Of a stretch of 64,000 nt of DNA, positions 59,318-64,000 are shown piece after piece. Positions within the stretch are counted from its first letter, which is position 1, and the number at the start of each line of letters is the position of its first letter. The position numbers and the translations under genes were made by a program. The notes below the pieces were generated by a model that was not told the DNA's origin, made no database searches, and was given only the letters and a program-made list of their open reading frames with translations. Source of the stretch: Spirochaetaceae bacterium (GTDB taxonomy: Bacteria > Spirochaetota > Spirochaetia > DSM-2461); NCBI GenBank assembly GCA_051531975.1, contig JAOPTT010000001.1, forward strand, positions 64,001 through 128,000, given 5' to 3'.

Positions 59318-60808
59318 CTATTTTTTTGCCCAGCCTTGCAAAAAATAGGGATCATTAGGGTTATACTGGGGCCATTTCCGCTTCTCATAACAACTCTTTT
59401 TGGTTCTTTCAACAGATCCAAGATATGAAGATACAGCTCTCCATTCCAGATATTCAAGTTTTAGTGTTTTGATCTCTTCTTCATAAGATTTATTATCATA
59501 TAAGTTATTAAACTCGTTTGGGTCTTTCTCTATATCATAATATTCCCCGTATTCTTGTCCAGCATAATGTATCATACGTCTAGTCTCTGTTCTAACCATT
59601 GTCAGATAATTATCCTGGCAGTAGACTTTATCTGGAGCTAAAGTTTGATCCCCACATGTTAGACGCTTAAGGTTTGATTTCCCATCAAAATAGTCAGGAA
59701 CTTCTATCTGGGCAAAGTCGAGAATTGTCGGCCCAATATCCATCTGAGTAAATAGCTTATCATCAATACAACCCCCACGGTGTTTTTCAGGTAGGCGGAT
59801 AACCATTGGTACTCGAGTTGTCTGTTCAGTCATAAGCCATTTATATATTAGTTGATGATCCCCAAGATTTTCCCCATGATCACTTGTTAATACAATAATC
59901 GTATTATTTAACATATTTCTCTCTTTTAGTGATTCCATGATCTTGCCTATTTGTTCATCAATAAACGTTATTTTTGCATAATAATGTTTTCTCCATCGTT
60001 TTATATCATCATCTGTTTTGTCCCCTAAATACATGTTTCCAACACCGTATTGAGGTGCAACAGAGTAATCACTATTGTTTTTGTAAAAACGTTCCATAAA
60101 ACGCTTATACTGTTTAGGTTTATCGTCTAATCCGTTTTTCTTGTATACAGGACCTGGAACTTCAATACTGTTGTACATATCGAGTACTCGCCCAGGAGGA
60201 TCAAATGGATCATGGGGACCATGAAATCCTACATGAAGGAAAAATGGTTTATCTTCTTTATAGTCCTGAATCCATCTTGTAGCCATTTGTCCAATAAAGT
60301 GGTCAACATGATACTTTTCTTCTAACTTAAATGTATCACTGGCACACTTCGTAGACCATAAACCATCCTTTGTAAGCTCCTTAAAAGGGTGAGGTTGCCC
60401 TTCAGCTTTCAGATAGTTTGAATAGTCATCCCAATCTGTCATCATTGGAAAATTCTCTGCATTAATTTTGTCATGAAAAGCCATTTTTGCTGATTCATCA
60501 GGGTGATGATGTGTCTTACCAATTCCTGCCAAGTGGTAATTATTATCTTTTAAATTATCTAACCATGTTCTAATATGGGTCCATTGGTCAAAATGATAAA
60601 CACCAGTGTTATGTGCAAACAGACCGGTATAAAAAGCAGCTCTGGAAGCGACACATGTGGCTCCACAGCAAAATGCTTTTGTAAAAGATACACCTTCATT
60701 AACAATCTTATCCATATTAGGGGTTATTACATAGGAATAACCAAGAGCATTAATTGTATCATGTCTCTGCTGGTCAGTTTTTATTATTACGATATTTGGT
60801 CTATTCAC
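59318..60808 (-). CDS. S1 sulfatase with CxAxR signature
   Basis: RPNIVIIKTDQ, CVASR, GKTH, TSDHG. Start uncertain (GTG 60808 or TTG 60826). Confidence 0.9.
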   Translation of the reverse strand: MNRPNIVIIKTDQQRHDTINALGYSYVITPNMDKIVNEGVSFTKAFCCGATCVASRAAFYTGLFAHNTGVYHFDQWTHIRTWLDNLKDNNYHLAGIGKTHHHPDESAKMAFHDKINAENFPMMTDWDDYSNYLKAEGQPHPFKELTKDGLWSTKCASDTFKLEEKYHVDHFIGQMATRWIQDYKEDKPFFLHVGFHGPHDPFDPPGRVLDMYNSIEVPGPVYKKNGLDDKPKQYKRFMERFYKNNSDYSVAPQYGVGNMYLGDKTDDDIKRWRKHYYAKITFIDEQIGKIMESLKERNMLNNTIIVLTSDHGENLGDHQLIYKWLMTEQTTRVPMVIRLPEKHRGGCIDDKLFTQMDIGPTILDFAQIEVPDYFDGKSNLKRLTCGDQTLAPDKVYCQDNYLTMVRTETRRMIHYAGQEYGEYYDIEKDPNEFNNLYDNKSYEEEIKTLKLEYLEWRAVSSYLGSVERTKKSCYEKRKWPQYNPNDPYFLQGWAKK

Positions 60809-60819
60809 TGCTCCTGTAC

Positions 60820-61962
60820 TTACCAAAACAGTTCCTGCTGACCTTTTAGTCGCATTATTGCTTCCACAAAAAAGTAATCACCATAAATAATTGGAGTGTC
60901 ATTTGGATAAAAAGTTGATTTATGATGATAAGACTGTGTTCCGTGCAATAACAATCCCTCTTCATTATCTCCCCATGAACCAACTTCCTGGTCTAGAGCT
61001 TTAAGGATTTTGATCGCTGAACTGCTGTAAAGGACTTTTTCATCTTCTGGTACACTAGCTGCTATCTCCAGTAATCCTGCAGCAATTATAGCTCCGGCAC
61101 TACTATCTTTGTCATTCCCAGCGAGTATAGGGGATCTAAAATCAACTCTTGGAATCCAATCATCACAGATACTGGCAATTACATAATGAGCTGATCGTTT
61201 AGCAGCATCTAGATACCGAACTTCACCTGTGTATCGATAACTAAGGGCAAACCCATAAACAGCCCAAGCCTGTCCTCTAGACCAAGATGAACTAGGAGAA
61301 AAACCCTGGCCATTTTCAACTTTAACAAACTCTCCTGTTTCTTGGTTAAATGAAATTATATGGTTTACTGAACCATCTGGACGCTGAACATAATTTATTG
61401 CAGTATCTGCGTGTGCCATAGCAATATCTCTAAACCTGGAATCTTTAGATTGTTCAGATGCCCAATAGAGTAGAGGTAAGTTCATTAAACAATCGACTAT
61501 TACCCATCCATTATGATCCCCATTCCAGGCTCTAATATAGTTACCCTTTAAATGGAACCGTGAAGCCAATACACTTGCTGCGAGCATACCTCTTCGCCTT
61601 GACTGTTCATTTCCTCTGATTTTATAGGATGCAATACTGGAAAGTGACCATAAAAAGCCTACATCATGGTGTAACCCATCATACTCTGCAAATGCAGCAT
61701 CTAACTGCTCCTCACAAGATTCTGCAGTCTCACGGTAGTACTCATTATCTGTATTCCTGTACATTTGCCATAAAATACCTGACCAAAAAGAATTCGTCCA
61801 CCATGCTGGAGTGAACTCTCTGGCATTATAGCCTTGGTACTTCCCATTTACTGAAACAAAGGGAAAAGTATTTCCAATAGACCGACTTGTCCATTCAATT
61901 TTTTTTTCTATACGGCTGCAGACATCATCTAGCCAGTTATTATCTCCATGATTTAATTTCAT
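60820..61962 (-). CDS. ugl: GH88 unsaturated glucuronyl hydrolase
   Basis: WWTNSFW.G.LW, HHDVGF, IVDCLMNL, WSRGQAW, DSSAGAI, GDYFFVEA. Confidence 0.92.
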   Translation of the reverse strand: MKLNHGDNNWLDDVCSRIEKKIEWTSRSIGNTFPFVSVNGKYQGYNAREFTPAWWTNSFWSGILWQMYRNTDNEYYRETAESCEEQLDAAFAEYDGLHHDVGFLWSLSSIASYKIRGNEQSRRRGMLAASVLASRFHLKGNYIRAWNGDHNGWVIVDCLMNLPLLYWASEQSKDSRFRDIAMAHADTAINYVQRPDGSVNHIISFNQETGEFVKVENGQGFSPSSSWSRGQAWAVYGFALSYRYTGEVRYLDAAKRSAHYVIASICDDWIPRVDFRSPILAGNDKDSSAGAIIAAGLLEIAASVPEDEKVLYSSSAIKILKALDQEVGSWGDNEEGLLLHGTQSYHHKSTFYPNDTPIIYGDYFFVEAIMRLKGQQELFW

Positions 61963-62007
61963 TTTAATTCTCCTTGATTTATATAATGATTAAAATCATT
62001 TATCTAT

Positions 62008-63414
62008 TTATTGGTAACCTGCATTAACATAATTGGAATTACAATTGTCACCAAATCCCAATTCTGCTCTTCGTTGTCTGAACTGTTTAACATACTTAAT
62101 ATAATTTTTATCACTTATATAATTAATTAACTCATCAGGATCATTATGCAAATCAAATAGAACCTCTTCACCATCTTCACCATAAAATTGATATTTTAAG
62201 TTATCTCTCTTAATCATTAGATGTTTATTGTTCATGGTTGATATAGACTCGTTATTCCAATCTTTATTATTCCCATTCATAAGAGGTACCAAACTTCTAC
62301 TATCCAAACCTTCTGGTATTGGAATTTCACATAAATCACAAATCGTTGCATATAGATCACATAAATTCACATTCTCGTTTACTACACGTTTGGAAAAATT
62401 TTTAGGCCAAGAAATAATTAATGGAACTTTTACACTACCTTCAAAAAAGCGAGCTTTTTCCCAAATAGAGTGTTCACCTAACATCTCTCCATGATCAGTA
62501 GTTAAAATAATTATCCAATCATCAAGATTCTCTCCCACATGTTCTATTGTTTCCATAATATCGCCAAATCTTATATCACATTGTTCAATATTTGCATAAT
62601 AAGCTGCTGTTGCTCTTTGCATTTCTCGGTTTGTAACATCATCTCCAACTAAGACCGGTTTGTTATTCCGAGAGCATGTACCAAGAACAGGGTGATCAAA
62701 TGGCTTTTGATTCAGGTAAACTGGAACCCTGTTAAGATAGTATTCAAATTTTTCCTTGTCAGCAAAATATGGGTAGTGAGGGGCATTAAAACCCACATAT
62801 AAAACATGGGGTAAAAAGGACTCATCTTTGTCATACTCTGAACCAAGAAAATACTCGTTGACCATATTTTTTGCGCCTATTGTCGTATAATCATCCCATA
62901 CATTAGTAAATGGACCATCTCCGATACCAGCACGTTTAATCTCTTTTATTGGATCCCAAGCTGGATCTCTAAATTTATGGGGAATATATTTATCTAGCTC
63001 TTCCTGAATCAACCCAGGGATATGCTGTTTCCCCCTTATTGGAGATTGCATATGATCTGAACCAATTCTTCTAAGCCATCCCTGCCTATCATCTATACCC
63101 ATATGGTGTAATTTACCACACGCAGTTGTCATATATGCATATTGTGATAAAAGTGATGCCCAGGTAGGATATCCGGGTGTTAAATCATCGCCATACTTAT
63201 GAACTTTACAAGTTTTTGTTAGTTGACCTGCAGCCAAACATTGTCTAGCCGGAATACAAGCAGGGGATGGGGAATAAACATTTGTAAAAACAACACCATT
63301 TTCTGCGATTCTATCCATAACTGGAGTTCTGATTATTTCATTCCCACTAAAACCATTAACATCAAATCTCTGTTCATCGGTCATTAAAAACAGAATATTC
63401 GGTTTTTTCTTCAT
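62008..63414 (-). CDS. S1 sulfatase (choline-sulfatase-like)
   Basis: KPNILFLMTDE, CIPAR, GKLH, PHYP, TDHGEMLGEH..WEK. Confidence 0.92.
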   Translation of the reverse strand: MKKKPNILFLMTDEQRFDVNGFSGNEIIRTPVMDRIAENGVVFTNVYSPSPACIPARQCLAAGQLTKTCKVHKYGDDLTPGYPTWASLLSQYAYMTTACGKLHHMGIDDRQGWLRRIGSDHMQSPIRGKQHIPGLIQEELDKYIPHKFRDPAWDPIKEIKRAGIGDGPFTNVWDDYTTIGAKNMVNEYFLGSEYDKDESFLPHVLYVGFNAPHYPYFADKEKFEYYLNRVPVYLNQKPFDHPVLGTCSRNNKPVLVGDDVTNREMQRATAAYYANIEQCDIRFGDIMETIEHVGENLDDWIIILTTDHGEMLGEHSIWEKARFFEGSVKVPLIISWPKNFSKRVVNENVNLCDLYATICDLCEIPIPEGLDSRSLVPLMNGNNKDWNNESISTMNNKHLMIKRDNLKYQFYGEDGEEVLFDLHNDPDELINYISDKNYIKYVKQFRQRRAELGFGDNCNSNYVNAGYQ

Positions 63415-63442
63415 AATAATTACAGCCTTTTTATATCCCTAA

Positions 63443-63470
63443 CTAATAAGGAGCCAATGCTCCTTATTAG
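63443..63470 (-). other. Perfect 12-bp stem-loop after the SBP gene
   Basis: CTAATAAGGAGC-N4-GCTCCTTATTAG. Confidence 0.8.
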
Positions 63471-63481
63471 ATAATTAATTT

Positions 63482-64000
63482 TTATTTACCAATAAAAGCT
63501 TGATATGCTTCTTGGTTAATTTCAGTCGCCTTATCAATATTTTTCGATCTGATGTTTTTAACATACTCAGGATATTCAGCATCGAATGTTTCTAGTCCTT
63601 TTAACATCCATGTCTGTATTTTCTCTAAAGTATAGTTTGAAACTTGTGACATGATCTTAGTATATTCCTTCTCTTGTTCAGGTGTATATTTTAATAATAG
63701 TGCACCCTCACCACCAAGAGGAACTTCTCTTTTAACATATCCACCATCGATATACATCTTCATACCTTCTCCGGCAATGTCAGTTAACCATGCTTTCTCG
63801 TATGCAAAATCCTGTACCATACCGATTCTATATTGAACTCCGTAACCTCTTAATGAAGCTATTGCAGTTTTATCAGACTTCATAATTTTATCAGTATAAA
63901 CAGGTGCACCATTTTCTAAAGTATATGTTTCACCTTCGATACCATAGTTTATTAATTTATGTCCCTCTGGAGTAAAGTAAAAATTGAAGTATTTAATTAA
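63482..64000 (-). CDS. C-terminal part of a carbohydrate SBP, close paralog of 57637-59214 (5' end outside the window)
   Basis: Frame open to 64000: LIKYFNFYFTPEGHKLINYGIEG…MVQDFAYEK…LLKYTPEQEKEY. Confidence 0.9.
   Translation of the reverse strand, partial: LIKYFNFYFTPEGHKLINYGIEGETYTLENGAPVYTDKIMKSDKTAIASLRGYGVQYRIGMVQDFAYEKAWLTDIAGEGMKMYIDGGYVKREVPLGGEGALLLKYTPEQEKEYTKIMSQVSNYTLEKIQTWMLKGLETFDAEYPEYVKNIRSKNIDKATEINQEAYQAFIGK

Noticed and set aside
2566..63836. Many short (60-130 aa) ORFs in the track that overlap long genes, mostly antisense
   Set aside because: They lie within well-supported genes and show no recognisable motifs; consistent with shadow ORFs.
1..64000. CRISPR arrays, IS elements, prophage, rRNA/tRNA and defence systems
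   Set aside because: No repeat-spacer arrays, transposase or integrase motifs, or structural RNA signatures were seen by eye; intergenic gaps are short.

Overview
AT-rich bacterial chromosomal segment. The signal-peptide style of the binding proteins (…LFANG.KE, …FASGQ.E) and the MCP core suggest a free-living Spirochaetaceae member; this is inference only. The window is a dense carbohydrate-catabolism and signalling region. It contains an OmpR-type two-component pair, a large hybrid kinase, two paralogous sugar ABC cassettes with membrane-anchored AraC sensors, and an Opp-type ABC operon ending in nanA-like, yhcH-like and MCP genes. It also holds six Cys-type sulfatases without signal peptides, two URO-D-family proteins, duplicated GntR/FCD regulators, an AGE epimerase, a 7TM adenylate cyclase, a TauT/NitT ABC next to menA, and a GH88/sulfatase locus. 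I saw no rRNA, tRNA, CRISPR array or mobile element. Main findings: (1) the family-5 binding protein at 32579-34249 is circularly permuted; (2) a 10-bp-phased TGTATA(CA) motif recurs in promoters from 10.6 to 42.5 kb, linking sulfatases, a deacetylase, the nanA operon, a URO-D protein and the epimerase into a putative regulon, possibly for sulfated or methylated sialic acids; (3) several translational oddities: an RBS-sequestering hairpin, an 18-codon coupler ORF and an apparent ATA start codon.
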